Shown: positions 37,197 to 46,310 of the stretch, in pieces
Layout: each line of letters opens with the position of its first letter
Position numbering within the stretch: position 1 is the stretch's first letter
Assembly (NCBI GenBank): GCA_044344385.1
Contig: JBIJCY010000001.1
Span: forward strand, 1 to 55,371
Length of the DNA: 55,371 bases
Reading direction: 5' to 3'
From: Rhodocyclaceae bacterium
Lineage (GTDB): Bacteria > Pseudomonadota > Gammaproteobacteria > Burkholderiales > Rhodocyclaceae
Notes under the pieces: generated by a model
Told to the model about the DNA's origin: nothing
What the model saw: only the letters and a program-made list of their open reading frames with translations
Databases searched by the model: none
Translations under genes and position numbers: made by a program

Positions 37197-38117
37197 TTAC
37201 ACATAAGTCAGCCAGTCTTCATGCGCTGGCACGCGGCCGTTGACGCAGTCGAAGAACAGGCTCTGGATTTGTGTGGTCACCGGACCGCGCCGGCCTTCAC
37301 CAATTTGCCGGTTGTCGAGTTCGCGGATCGGCGTGACTTCAGCGGCTGTGCCGGTGAAGAAGGCTTCGTCGGCGCAATAGACTTCGTCACGCGTGATGCG
37401 CTTCTCGATCACCTTGATGCCGAGTTCGTCGGCCAGCGTGAGGACCGAAGCGCGCGTGATGCCTTCGAGGCAGGATGTCAGATCCGGCGTGTACAGTTTG
37501 CCATTTTTGACGATGAAAACGTTTTCGCCAGCGCCTTCGGCGACGTAGCCATCGACGTCGAGCAGCAGCGCTTCGTCGTAACCGTCATGCGCGACTTCCT
37601 GGTGCGCGAGAATTGAGTTGGTATAGGTGCCGACCGATTTTGAGCGGCACATGTTGATATTCACGTGATGACGCGTGAAGGATGAGGTCTTGACGCGGAT
37701 GCCCTTGGCCATGCCTTCCTCGCCGAGGTAAGCGCCCCACGGCCAGGCGGCGACAGCAACGTGCGTGCTGATGGCGGTGGCCGCGATGCCCATCGCTTCG
37801 GAGCCGTAAAAGACGATCGGGCGGATGTAGCAGGATTCGAGCTTGTTGGCGCGCACGACTTCCTTGTGCGCCTCCATCAGCGTCTCCTTGTCCCACGGCA
37901 TTTTCATCTGGAAGATGTAGGCCGAATTGAACAGTCGGTCGGTGTGGTCCTTGAGGCGGAAGATGGCCGTACCTTTTTCCGCCTTGTAGGCACGCACGCC
38001 TTCAAAAACGCCCATGCCGTAGTGCAGGGTGTGGGTCAGCACGTGGGTCGTTGCGTCACGCCACGGCACCAGCTTGCCGTCGTGCCAAATGAATCCGTCG
38101 CGATCTGACATGGACAT
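37197..38117 (-). CDS. ilvE: Branched-chain amino acid aminotransferase
   Basis: Start at Met 38117 (MSMSDRDGFIWHDGKLVPW), with a GGAGAAAAA RBS. 306 aa. Class IV aminotransferase blocks (HYGMGVFEG.RAY, FRL..H..RL, EAL.LD..GYV.EG.GEN.F, TPDL.SCLEGITR). Confidence 0.93.
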   Translation of the reverse strand: MSMSDRDGFIWHDGKLVPWRDATTHVLTHTLHYGMGVFEGVRAYKAEKGTAIFRLKDHTDRLFNSAYIFQMKMPWDKETLMEAHKEVVRANKLESCYIRPIVFYGSEAMGIAATAISTHVAVAAWPWGAYLGEEGMAKGIRVKTSSFTRHHVNINMCRSKSVGTYTNSILAHQEVAHDGYDEALLLDVDGYVAEGAGENVFIVKNGKLYTPDLTSCLEGITRASVLTLADELGIKVIEKRITRDEVYCADEAFFTGTAAEVTPIRELDNRQIGEGRRGPVTTQIQSLFFDCVNGRVPAHEDWLTYV

Positions 38118-38221
38118 GATTTTTCTCCGCTCACCGCAATTTTGAAAGCGAAATTCTAGCCGATTTCGTCGGCCAGATGGCGGTAAAATAGCGCCTTTGC
38201 CCTGCTGCCAAGGCTTGTTCA

Positions 38222-38668
38222 ATGGTCTGGAAACCCAACGTCACCGTTGCTGCTGTACTTGAGCGCGACGGAAAATTTTTGCTGGTCGAAGAAGAGACGG
38301 CGGACGGCATCCGCTACAACCAGCCCGCCGGACATCTTGAGTGCGGCGAATCCCTGCACGAAGCGGTGATTCGCGAGACGCTCGAAGAAGCGGCCTATAC
38401 CTTTGCACCAGAGTATCTGGTGGGCATCTACAACTGGCGCCGCGAGGACAAGGATGTGACCTACCTTCGCTTCGCCTTTGGCGGGCTGGTTACCGATCAC
38501 GATGCCGCTCGCCAACTCGATGAAGGAATCATCGCTGCTCGCTGGCTGACACTCGAAGAAATTCGCGTATTGGCGCCGAGGCATCGCAGTCCGCTGATTT
38601 TGCGTTGCATCGAAGACTGGCTGGCGGGCAAACGCTATCCGCTGGATCTGTTGACGCACTACGCATGA
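38222..38668 (+). CDS. NUDIX hydrolase, NudJ-like
   Basis: 148 aa. KPNVTVAAV.ERDGKFLLVEE......YNQPAGHLE.GESL.EA..RE..EE closely parallels E. coli NudJ as remembered. It lies upstream of mnmA, as in E. coli. Confidence 0.8.
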   Translation: MVWKPNVTVAAVLERDGKFLLVEEETADGIRYNQPAGHLECGESLHEAVIRETLEEAAYTFAPEYLVGIYNWRREDKDVTYLRFAFGGLVTDHDAARQLDEGIIAARWLTLEEIRVLAPRHRSPLILRCIEDWLAGKRYPLDLLTHYA

Positions 38669-39234
38669 AATGGCTGGTCTGGCTTCTGTTGTTCGGCACT
38701 GCGGCAGCAACAGCGGGGGAGCCGCTCACTGTTTGCTACAACTATGGTTGTTTGTCCGAGGCCGAGGTCGTGTATTCCGATGCGCAGTTGCACCGGGTCA
38801 GCGAGTTGCTGGGCGATGCCCGTAGCGACGCCCACGAGCGGGCGCTGGTCGGTGTGGCGGTCGGCTGGATGTTGAGCTGGGCGGGAAAGCAGTCGCCGAT
38901 TTCGGCTGATCGTGGCGGTAATTACGCCGATGATGGTGTGTATGGCCGGATGGATTGCATCGATCATTCGACGACCACGACGCGGCTGCTGCGCTTGTTT
39001 GAGCGGCGTGGCTGGCTGCGTTTTCATCGGGTGCTGGAACCGGCGCTGCGCACACGTTTTGTCGTCTTCGATCATTATTCGGCGCAGATCGAGGATTTGG
39101 CGGTGGCAACGGATGAGCCTCCACGTTACGTTGTGGACAGCTGGTTTTTTGATAATGGCCAGTCGGCAGTCGTCATTCCGCTGGAAGAATGGCTGGCTGG
39201 TGGTGGCCCGGAGATTGAGCATGAGCATGAATAA
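38665..39234 (+). CDS. Hypothetical secreted protein (189 aa)
   Basis: Start at Met 38665 (ATGA overlap with the NUDIX gene). Signal peptide [19 protein letters not shown]. Cys-containing, with no domain recognised. It overlaps the mnmA start by 14 nt. Confidence 0.55.
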   Translation: MKWLVWLLLFGTAAATAGEPLTVCYNYGCLSEAEVVYSDAQLHRVSELLGDARSDAHERALVGVAVGWMLSWAGKQSPISADRGGNYADDGVYGRMDCIDHSTTTTRLLRLFERRGWLRFHRVLEPALRTRFVVFDHYSAQIEDLAVATDEPPRYVVDSWFFDNGQSAVVIPLEEWLAGGGPEIEHEHE

Positions 39235-40327
39235 AGGTAAAACAGTCGTTGTCGGTTTGTCCGGTGGTGTCGATTCGTCGGTGGCCGCCTTGTTGCTCAA
39301 GGCGCAGGGGTGGAATGTCATCGGCCTGTTCATGAAAAACTGGGAAGACGACGACACCGACGAATACTGTTCGTCGCGCCAGGATCTGATCGACGTGATG
39401 AGCGTCGCCGACAAGATCGGCATCGACGTCGAGGTGGTGAATTTCGCCAGGGAGTACAAGGAGCGCGTCTTCGCTGAATTCCTCAAGGAGTATCAGGCAG
39501 GCCGCACGCCAAACCCGGATGTGCTGTGCAACTCCGAGATCAAGTTCCGTGCTTTTCTCGAACATGCGGTGACGCTTGGCGCCGAGAAGATCGCCACCGG
39601 TCACTATGCCGGCGTGCGCGAGTTTGATGGTGCGTACCAGTTGCTCAAGGCCGAGGACGGGACCAAGGATCAGAGCTATTTTCTGCATCGTCTGAACCAG
39701 CAGCAGTTATCCAAGACACTCTTTCCTCTTGCCGGTATTTATAAGCGCGATGTCCGGAAAATGGCGCTGGAAGCCGATCTCCACGTGGCCGTCAAGAAAG
39801 ATTCAACCGGTATCTGCTTTATCGGTGAGCGGCCGTTCAAGGAGTTTTTGATGCGCTATCTGCCGCCGAAGAAAGGCGAGATACGCTGCCTCGACGATGA
39901 CCGCGTGCTCGGTGAACACGACAGCCTGACCTATCACACGATTGGCCAGCGCAAGGGCTTGCACATCGGTGGCGTGAAGGGTGGAAAAAGCAGCGAGAGC
40001 GGCGATCACGACGCGTGGTTCGTGGCAAAAAAGGATATGGCGAACAACGTGCTCTACGTCGTGCAGGGCCACGATCATCCGGCCTTGTTTGTTGACGATC
40101 TCAGTGCCGAACAGTTGTCGTGGGTTTCGGGAAAGGCACCGCACACGCACTGGGTCTATACCGCAAAAACACGTTACCGGCAGGAAGACGCGCCGTGTGA
40201 AATCGAGCGCGTCGATGCAGCATCATGCCGGATCAACTTTGCCGAGCCGCAGTGGGCCATCACGCCGGGGCAATCGGTGGTGATCTACGAAAGCAAGGTC
40301 TGTCTGGGTGGGGGCGTCATCGCTTGA
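39221..40327 (+). CDS. mnmA: tRNA 2-thiouridine(34) synthase
   Basis: Start at 39221 or 39227 ([23 protein letters not shown], the PP-loop). Also contains [20 protein letters not shown] and DQSYFL. Confidence 0.95.
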   Translation: MSMNKGKTVVVGLSGGVDSSVAALLLKAQGWNVIGLFMKNWEDDDTDEYCSSRQDLIDVMSVADKIGIDVEVVNFAREYKERVFAEFLKEYQAGRTPNPDVLCNSEIKFRAFLEHAVTLGAEKIATGHYAGVREFDGAYQLLKAEDGTKDQSYFLHRLNQQQLSKTLFPLAGIYKRDVRKMALEADLHVAVKKDSTGICFIGERPFKEFLMRYLPPKKGEIRCLDDDRVLGEHDSLTYHTIGQRKGLHIGGVKGGKSSESGDHDAWFVAKKDMANNVLYVVQGHDHPALFVDDLSAEQLSWVSGKAPHTHWVYTAKTRYRQEDAPCEIERVDAASCRINFAEPQWAITPGQSVVIYESKVCLGGGVIA

Positions 40328-40371
40328 GTGCGGCCGCAGAACCTGCGGTATCGACGCGCGCCGGGCTGCCG

Positions 40372-41277
40372 ATGCGCGCCGTGCTGTGGTCGGTCGTGCT
40401 GGCGGCGCTTGGTTATCTTGGCTTGTCGTTGTGGGCCGGTTGGCGCGAGGTGGTTGCGGCGGTCGTGCAGGTCGGGCCGCTGGTTTTGCTTGGCCTGCTG
40501 GCGCTCTCGCTGTGCAACTACCTGCTGCGCTTTGTCCGCTGGGGGCGTTATCTCGCGCTGCTTGACGCGCCGGTGGCGTGGCGCATCAACCTGAACGCCT
40601 ATTTCGCCGGTTTCGCGCTGACTACCAGCCCCGGCAAGCTTGGAGAGACCTTGCGTTCTGTCCTGCTCAAGCCGCATGGCGTGCCGTCGGCGGCGAGTCT
40701 CGCTGCATTTTTTGCCGAGCGTGCCAGCGATCTGTTGTCGATTCTTGTCCTCGCAGCGATTGGCTTGTGGTCGTACGCGCCGGCGCGACCGGTCGTGGGT
40801 CTGGCGCTGGCGTTCGTCGTTGTCGCACTGCTGCTGGTGCAATGGACGGCGCTGATCACGGCCATTGACCGCTGGGCGCAGACGCGGCCGCAGAAGTGGG
40901 CAAAGCTGATTGTTCATCTGTGCGAAATCATCCTGCATTTTCGCCGCTGCTTCTCGCTGCCGGCGATGAGCATGGGGCTGGCTTTGGGGGTGGTCGCCTG
41001 GTTCGCCGAAGGGGTTGGTTTCTGGTGGCTGATTGATGCGCTGGGTCACCCGTTGCCACTGACCACGGCCGTTTTCATCTACGCCTTTGCCATGCTGATC
41101 GGCGGGATTTCATTCCTGCCCGGCGGGCTGGGCAGCAGCGAGGCCGTGATGATTGGCCTGCTCGTCATGAATGGTTTTCCCGAAGCGGCGGCGGTGACGG
41201 CAACGCTGATCTGCCGGCTGGCGACCTTGTGGTTCGCGGTCGGCCTCGGCGCAATTTTTCTCGCGCGGCAGCGTTGA
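40372..41277 (+). CDS. Flippase-like / LPG-synthase-TM (UPF0104) family multi-pass membrane protein
   Basis: About 300 aa with about 8 hydrophobic segments and a typical UPF0104 layout (RW.R...L, PG.LGE). The start is ambiguous: ATG 40372, or TTG 40324 overlapping the mnmA stop. Confidence 0.55.
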   Translation: MRAVLWSVVLAALGYLGLSLWAGWREVVAAVVQVGPLVLLGLLALSLCNYLLRFVRWGRYLALLDAPVAWRINLNAYFAGFALTTSPGKLGETLRSVLLKPHGVPSAASLAAFFAERASDLLSILVLAAIGLWSYAPARPVVGLALAFVVVALLLVQWTALITAIDRWAQTRPQKWAKLIVHLCEIILHFRRCFSLPAMSMGLALGVVAWFAEGVGFWWLIDALGHPLPLTTAVFIYAFAMLIGGISFLPGGLGSSEAVMIGLLVMNGFPEAAAVTATLICRLATLWFAVGLGAIFLARQR

Positions 41278-41278
41278 C

Positions 41279-42556
41279 ATGATGCTCACTGCCTGGGGTA
41301 ACCTGCCTGCGCACCCTGCTGCCGACGAGCGTTGCTGGGGCGAGCGCAACGCTCCGCTGCCGCTGGTCGAAGGGTCTCTGCTGCCCTATGGCAACGGCCG
41401 CAGTTACGGCGATGTTTGCCTGAACAGCGGCGCGACGCTGCTGCGCACGCGCGGGCTTGACCACCTGATTTCCTTTGACGCCGAAAGCGGTGTGTTGATC
41501 TGCGAAGCCGGCGTGTTGTTGGCCGATATCCTAAATGTGTTCGTGCCGCACGGCTGGTTTCTGCCGGTGACGCCGGGCACGCGTTTCGTTACTGTTGCCG
41601 GTGCAATTGCCAACGATGTGCACGGCAAGAACCATCATCAGGCCGGCACCTTCGGCCGCCATGTCCGGCGCTTCGAATTGCTGCGTTCGGATGGCTCGCG
41701 CCGTACCTGTTCGCCGAGCGAAAATGCCGACTGGTTTGCTGCAACGATTGGCGGCCTCGGGCTGACCGGCATGATCACCTGGGTGGAGATCGAACTGAAG
41801 CGTATCAATGGCCCCGGTGTGCTGGTCGAGAATACGCGTTTCACCGGGCTTGACGAATTCTTTACACTCAACGCGGCGGCCGAGGCGCAGCACGAATATA
41901 GCGTGGCGTGGATCGACTGTCTGGCTGCGACACCGCGTGGCATTCTTATGGCCGGTGATCATGTTGATTCGGGATCGCTGCCCGCACCGGCCAACAAGCC
42001 GCTGACCTTTCCGTTCACGCCACCGGTATCAGCGATCAACGCCCTGACACTGCGTGCCTTCAATTTCGCTTACTTCCACCGGCCCTTGCCGGCGAAAACG
42101 ATCGTTCATTACGCGCCGTATTTTTACCCGCTCGACGGCATCCAGCACTGGAACCGTTTGTACGGACGGCAGGGCTTTTACCAGTACCAGTGCGTCCTGC
42201 CGCTGGCAGCCCGCGAAGAGCTGCGCGAAATCCTGCGCAGCATCGCAACGAGCGGGCAGGGCTCCTTCCTCGCTGTGCTCAAAACCTTTGGCGATCTGAG
42301 TAGTCCGGGCCTGCTCTCCTTCCCGATGCAGGGCATCACGCTGGCGCTCGATTTTCCCAATCGCGGCGTTCCGGCGCGGGCGCTTTTCGATCGGCTTGAT
42401 GCCATTGTCAGCGCCGTGGGTGGCCGGCTCTATGCGGCCAAGGACGCACGCATGGCAGGTGATTTTTTCCGGCGCAGCTATCCGCGCTTCAGCGAGTTTT
42501 CAGGCTTTGTTGATCCGAAGTTTTCTTCGGATTTCTGGCGCCGGGTGAACTCGTAG
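41279..42556 (+). CDS. FAD-binding oxidoreductase, DprE1-like (FAD_binding_4 family)
   Basis: 425 aa. GNGRSYGD near the N-terminus, then TVAGAIANDVHGKNHH. Size and layout resemble decaprenylphosphoryl-ribose 2'-oxidase homologs. It starts 1 nt after the preceding membrane-protein gene ends. Confidence 0.75.
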   Translation: MMLTAWGNLPAHPAADERCWGERNAPLPLVEGSLLPYGNGRSYGDVCLNSGATLLRTRGLDHLISFDAESGVLICEAGVLLADILNVFVPHGWFLPVTPGTRFVTVAGAIANDVHGKNHHQAGTFGRHVRRFELLRSDGSRRTCSPSENADWFAATIGGLGLTGMITWVEIELKRINGPGVLVENTRFTGLDEFFTLNAAAEAQHEYSVAWIDCLAATPRGILMAGDHVDSGSLPAPANKPLTFPFTPPVSAINALTLRAFNFAYFHRPLPAKTIVHYAPYFYPLDGIQHWNRLYGRQGFYQYQCVLPLAAREELREILRSIATSGQGSFLAVLKTFGDLSSPGLLSFPMQGITLALDFPNRGVPARALFDRLDAIVSAVGGRLYAAKDARMAGDFFRRSYPRFSEFSGFVDPKFSSDFWRRVNS

Positions 42557-42584
42557 TGCAAGGCATAATTTACGGAGTCGTTTC

Positions 42585-43322
42585 ATGCAGAAAGTCCTGA
42601 TTATTGGCGCCACCTCGGCGATTGCCGAGGCGACCGCCCGTTTGTGGGCAGCACGCGGCGACGCGCTGTTTCTCGTGGGTCGCGACGCCGCGCGGCTGGA
42701 AACCATCGCCGCCGACCTGAGTGTGCGCGGTGCCGCTGCGGTCGGCTGCTTCGTCATGGATGCCACCGATACAGCCCAGCACACGGCGATGCTCGACGCT
42801 GCCACCAGCGCGCTGGGTGGGCTTGATGTTGCGTTGATCGCGCACGGTACGCTGCCCGATCAGAAAGCCTGCGAAGCCTCCGTTGCGTTGATGCTGAAGG
42901 AGATCGACAACAACGGCCTGTCGGTTGTCGCGCTCGCCACGCTGCTCGGTGAAAAATTCGAAGCGCAGGGGCATGGCTCGCTGGCAGTGATCGGCTCGGT
43001 GGCCGGTGATCGTGGCCGGCAGAGCAACTACGTCTATGGCGCGGCCAAGGGAATGGTCAGTCTTTTTCTGCAAGGTCTGCGTAATCGCCTGTCGAAGAAG
43101 GGTGTGCAGGTGCTGACGATCAAGCCGGGTTTCGTCGATACGCCGATGACCGCGTCGTTCAAGAAGGGGGCCTTGTGGGCACAGCCGGACGACATCGCAT
43201 GCGGTATCCTGCGCGCGATCGAGCAGCGCAGGGACGTGGTTTATCTGCCCGGCTTCTGGCGTCTGATCATGCTGATCATCCGGCATATTCCTGAGCGCAT
43301 TTTCAAGCGGCTGTCGCTGTAG
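42585..43322 (+). CDS. Short-chain dehydrogenase/reductase, DprE2-like
   Basis: 245 aa. Rossmann motif IIGATSAIAEA and catalytic Y-x3-K (YVYGAAKG). It is paired with the DprE1-like oxidase. Confidence 0.8.
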   Translation: MQKVLIIGATSAIAEATARLWAARGDALFLVGRDAARLETIAADLSVRGAAAVGCFVMDATDTAQHTAMLDAATSALGGLDVALIAHGTLPDQKACEASVALMLKEIDNNGLSVVALATLLGEKFEAQGHGSLAVIGSVAGDRGRQSNYVYGAAKGMVSLFLQGLRNRLSKKGVQVLTIKPGFVDTPMTASFKKGALWAQPDDIACGILRAIEQRRDVVYLPGFWRLIMLIIRHIPERIFKRLSL

Positions 43323-43378
43323 CGCGGTGGAAGGGCTGGTGCGGCAACCAGCCCATTCCGGTAAAACGAGAAACCGAG

Positions 43379-43861
43379 TTAGTAAATGGGGTCGATCGTG
43401 ACTCGTCTATTGGGGGCAAGGCACTTGACGAGGTCCTGCTTTGCCAACTTGTCGGAGCATTGCTTCACGGGTCTGCGTTCCCCCATCCCGGCAGTTTCGA
43501 GCTTGAGGTTTCGATTTTTGGATAACAGGTACTGGCGTACTGATTCAGCGCGGCGAAGTGACAAATCGTGGTTCGCCTTCGGGTCACCGATGTGATCTGT
43601 GTGCCCTTCAATCTGATACCGGGTCGTCGACGACAGGGAGCCCGTCTTGACCAACTCGTCCAGTGATTTTTTTCCGGCGGGTGTCAGTTTGTCATCGCCA
43701 AACTTGAACAAAGTATCCCCTTTGAGGGTGATCGTTTGCAGGTTGGTTGATCCCTCTACCTTTTTTGTTTCTGCTTGAATTTCTTTAGAGAATGCTGCGG
43801 TCGAGCTCAATGCAGCAGCGAATGAAAGCGCCAGGGCAATTTTCTTCACGGACCGGTTCAT
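43379..43861 (-). CDS. OmpA-family (OmpA_C-like) periplasmic/outer-membrane-associated protein
   Basis: Start at Met 43861 (GGGGGAG RBS). Signal peptide MNRSVKKIALALSFAAALSSTAAFS. OmpA_C motif IEGHTDHIGDPKANHDLSLRRAESV..YL ... NRRV. Confidence 0.8.
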   Translation of the reverse strand: MNRSVKKIALALSFAAALSSTAAFSKEIQAETKKVEGSTNLQTITLKGDTLFKFGDDKLTPAGKKSLDELVKTGSLSSTTRYQIEGHTDHIGDPKANHDLSLRRAESVRQYLLSKNRNLKLETAGMGERRPVKQCSDKLAKQDLVKCLAPNRRVTIDPIY

Positions 43862-44094
43862 AACTCCCCCTTGGTGATGGTGTGTTTGTAGCGGCATTGC
43901 GCCTTTCTCGCGGCATCCGCAAACAGAGCTGTGTAATTCAAGGCTAACCAAGAGATCCCAACAGCTCCAAAAACAACTCTATATCAGCTGAAAGGCTATC
44001 GCAATTAAGATATTGAATTGGTCTGGATTTAGCGTGGTTGTCTTATGGTGAATTAATGGATTTTTTCCAGGACGGCTTACAGCCGCGCAGCCAA

Positions 44095-45930
44095 TCACTC
44101 TGTCATCGTGCCAATCCGCTCACGCACCTCGTCAAGTAGCGCCTGTTCGGGCGCGGTCGTCTTGTTGTCGGCAAAGGTTGCAGCTTCCATCAGCTTGAGC
44201 ACCCTGTCGGCGGATTTCCGGTCTTCGGGCAGGCGCAGCACGAGTTTGCGGTTGATTGCCAGATCGAACATGCCGGTGAGCTTCTTCAGGTCGTAGCCCA
44301 GCTTGCGCGCCAGATCCTGCGCGAAGCAGAGTTCATCCGGCGTGAGTTGACCGTCGATGCCGAGAATCATCATCACGTTGTTCAGCGCATAGTCGCGTGC
44401 CGAGAATAGCGGGTCGAGCTGTTTGACGGCGACGTTGGTGGCCATCGCGGGCCTCTGCGTCGCACCGAGCGAGGCATACTCATCGGGCTTGAGCAGCGCG
44501 CTGACAATCCATTCATGCCGCGTGCTGTTGAGTACTGCGCCGCAATAGCCGCACTTGATGTCCAGCGTGTCGCCCACCGGAGCGCCGCAGGCCGGGCAGG
44601 TGTGGGCGTAAAGCGCGCCCTTGGGCAGGCCGGCACCAACATCGCGCGACAGGATCATGATTTCGTTGGTCGCATACGGGCCCTGATCGATCAGGCGCAA
44701 GGCATCGCTGGTGATGTCGATGCGCTGGGCGGTGCGCTTGAAGGCGACTGCCAGATTGTCTTTGCCGTCGGTGCGGTAATGGTCGATCAGCGTGACGTTG
44801 TTGAGGTAGAGGCGATTAAAGACGTAGGGGCGCTCATTGTCCGTGCGGTGTGACAGGCGCTCGAACAGCGTGTCGCCGACGAAGCGGCGCATCGCCTCCG
44901 GTTGCCCGGTGGCTTGCGCGGCGATGATCTGCAGGTAGGCGTTGGACGCTTTGTCTTCGATCAACTGCACCGAAAAACCGGCGTCGTCGCCGAGTGCCGT
45001 GCGGATGCGTTGTGTCAGGCGGCCGGATTTGTCGAGCTTGTTGCTTTGGTTGGCGTAGTCGTCGGCCTGCGTGATTTCGGAGAGTATCCAGTCGTAGTCG
45101 CCGAGCGTGCTGGTCGCCTGGCAGTTCGGGCAGCGCGCGATCTCGCCGAGGTCAGCAGGCAAGTCAGCGCCGCAGGAAGGGCAGTGGTCGCTGTGATACA
45201 GGTCCTTTTCTGCGACGCCTGATTTGCGGATGAAGGTCCAGTATTCGAGCCTCTCCAGCGCGCCGCGCTGGTCGAGATCGGGAAATTTATCAGAGACGAA
45301 ATCGTCGTTGCAACGGTAGTGAATGCCGGCGTGAACAATGTCGAAGTTGCCGTCTTCTTCGAAGGCGTCGATAAATACTTTGCGGATCTGTAACTGGCTG
45401 ATGAGGTTCGTCTGGCCGAGCAGTCGCATCATGGTGAACTGGGTATTGAAGCGCTGCCACACGCCGTCGGAGATCCAGCGGCGTACTGGCGCCATGTCCT
45501 GCGTCATCCATGCCTGTTGGATCGCCGGGAAGGCGACATTTATCTTGGCGAGCAGCGTCGCCTGATCGAAGCCCGGATTGCGTTTGAGGAAGCCGGTTGG
45601 AATCGTGCAGGTTTTTGCGGTGGCCTGGGGGATCGACCGGATCTGGTTCAGCCCGGAGACCGCCCGGACTTTTCTGCCAAAAAACCAGAAAACCGCGACG
45701 AAGATCGCCAGGCCGATGAGGTTGTAGGGGAAAGGCAGCTCAAGAATGATCCAGAAGATAATCTCGATGATGATGCCGATGGCGTCGTCACCACCGTCAA
45801 AGCCGCCACCTGCCCCGCCGGCGACGGCTTGGGCAGTGCCGGTGGCAGTGGCAAGAAGGAGTCCCGGTAGCCAGTGCGGGCGGTTGGCAGCGGCAAGTGC
45901 AGGGTGGAATGAGCCGGCTTTGTTTTGCAT
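44095..45930 (-). CDS. Membrane protein with two Tim44-like modules, two zinc ribbons and a TerB-like C-terminal domain
   Basis: Start taken at MQNKAGSF (45930); the ORF extends to 45984. It has a Gly-rich segment and 2 TM helices. Tim44-like patterns are AFPAIQQAW...VRRW.S and NAYLQIIAA...MRRFV. The zinc ribbons are CPSCG..CPNC and CPACG..CGYCG. The C-terminus is TerB-like (ILGIDGQLTPDE...ATFADNKTTAPEQALLDE). Domain calls are by eye only. Confidence 0.55.
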   Translation of the reverse strand: MQNKAGSFHPALAAANRPHWLPGLLLATATGTAQAVAGGAGGGFDGGDDAIGIIIEIIFWIILELPFPYNLIGLAIFVAVFWFFGRKVRAVSGLNQIRSIPQATAKTCTIPTGFLKRNPGFDQATLLAKINVAFPAIQQAWMTQDMAPVRRWISDGVWQRFNTQFTMMRLLGQTNLISQLQIRKVFIDAFEEDGNFDIVHAGIHYRCNDDFVSDKFPDLDQRGALERLEYWTFIRKSGVAEKDLYHSDHCPSCGADLPADLGEIARCPNCQATSTLGDYDWILSEITQADDYANQSNKLDKSGRLTQRIRTALGDDAGFSVQLIEDKASNAYLQIIAAQATGQPEAMRRFVGDTLFERLSHRTDNERPYVFNRLYLNNVTLIDHYRTDGKDNLAVAFKRTAQRIDITSDALRLIDQGPYATNEIMILSRDVGAGLPKGALYAHTCPACGAPVGDTLDIKCGYCGAVLNSTRHEWIVSALLKPDEYASLGATQRPAMATNVAVKQLDPLFSARDYALNNVMMILGIDGQLTPDELCFAQDLARKLGYDLKKLTGMFDLAINRKLVLRLPEDRKSADRVLKLMEAATFADNKTTAPEQALLDEVRERIGTMTE

Positions 45931-46001
45931 CCTGCGAGTGTTACGGGTTTTGCCGTATTGATCAAGCGCGGCGCCAACCGCCAAATGAAGCTGATTGGTC
46001 G

Positions 46002-46214
46002 TCAGTGCTGCCTGATCACACTGAGTATCTCGTACGCTTGCCCTTCAATGAACAGGGTATGCCGGTAGAGCGAAATTTCCAGGATGCGGATTCGCGTCAT
46101 CACGTGCATGCAAAGTTCGCGTACGTCGACACGTTGTTCTCCGTCGAAGGTCTGTTGACGTGCCGGGCCGGGAATGCCTTCTGCCTTGATCAGTAGCTGG
46201 TATTGGGTGCTCAT
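46002..46214 (-). CDS. Hypothetical small protein (70 aa)
   Basis: Strong AAGGAG RBS 7 nt upstream of the ATG. It ends 18-72 nt upstream of the Tim44/TerB gene on the same strand. No domain recognised. Confidence 0.5.
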   Translation of the reverse strand: MSTQYQLLIKAEGIPGPARQQTFDGEQRVDVRELCMHVMTRIRILEISLYRHTLFIEGQAYEILSVIRQH

Positions 46215-46310
46215 GTTCTGTCTCCTTTGAACATCGCGGCAATCAAGGTGAAAGCCGCAGCTGATGAAGCTCAGCCTACGCGGGAGATGCAGATGGCGTG
46301 ACGGTGATTG

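Noticed and set aside
40285-41049. 254-aa minus-strand ORF, with similar ones at 38659-39486 and 42570-43286
   Set aside because: These are shadows of the flippase-like, hypothetical/mnmA and SDR genes. They are extremely Arg/Gln/Pro/His-rich, with no motifs.
43333-43354. Hairpin GGGCTGGT-GCGGCA-ACCAGCCC between the SDR and OmpA-like genes, considered as a terminator
   Set aside because: It has an 8-bp stem but no flanking T-run on either strand, so it is too weak to call.
43681-44040. Low-G+C patch suggesting horizontal acquisition of the OmpA-like gene. Hand counts of four 60-nt lines gave 38-45% G+C, against 52-60% in the lines I counted on either side.
   Set aside because: The dip is confined to the 5' half of the gene and its promoter region. 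The 3' half (the OmpA_C domain) counted 50-60%. This is not enough to claim an island without a proper sliding-window analysis.
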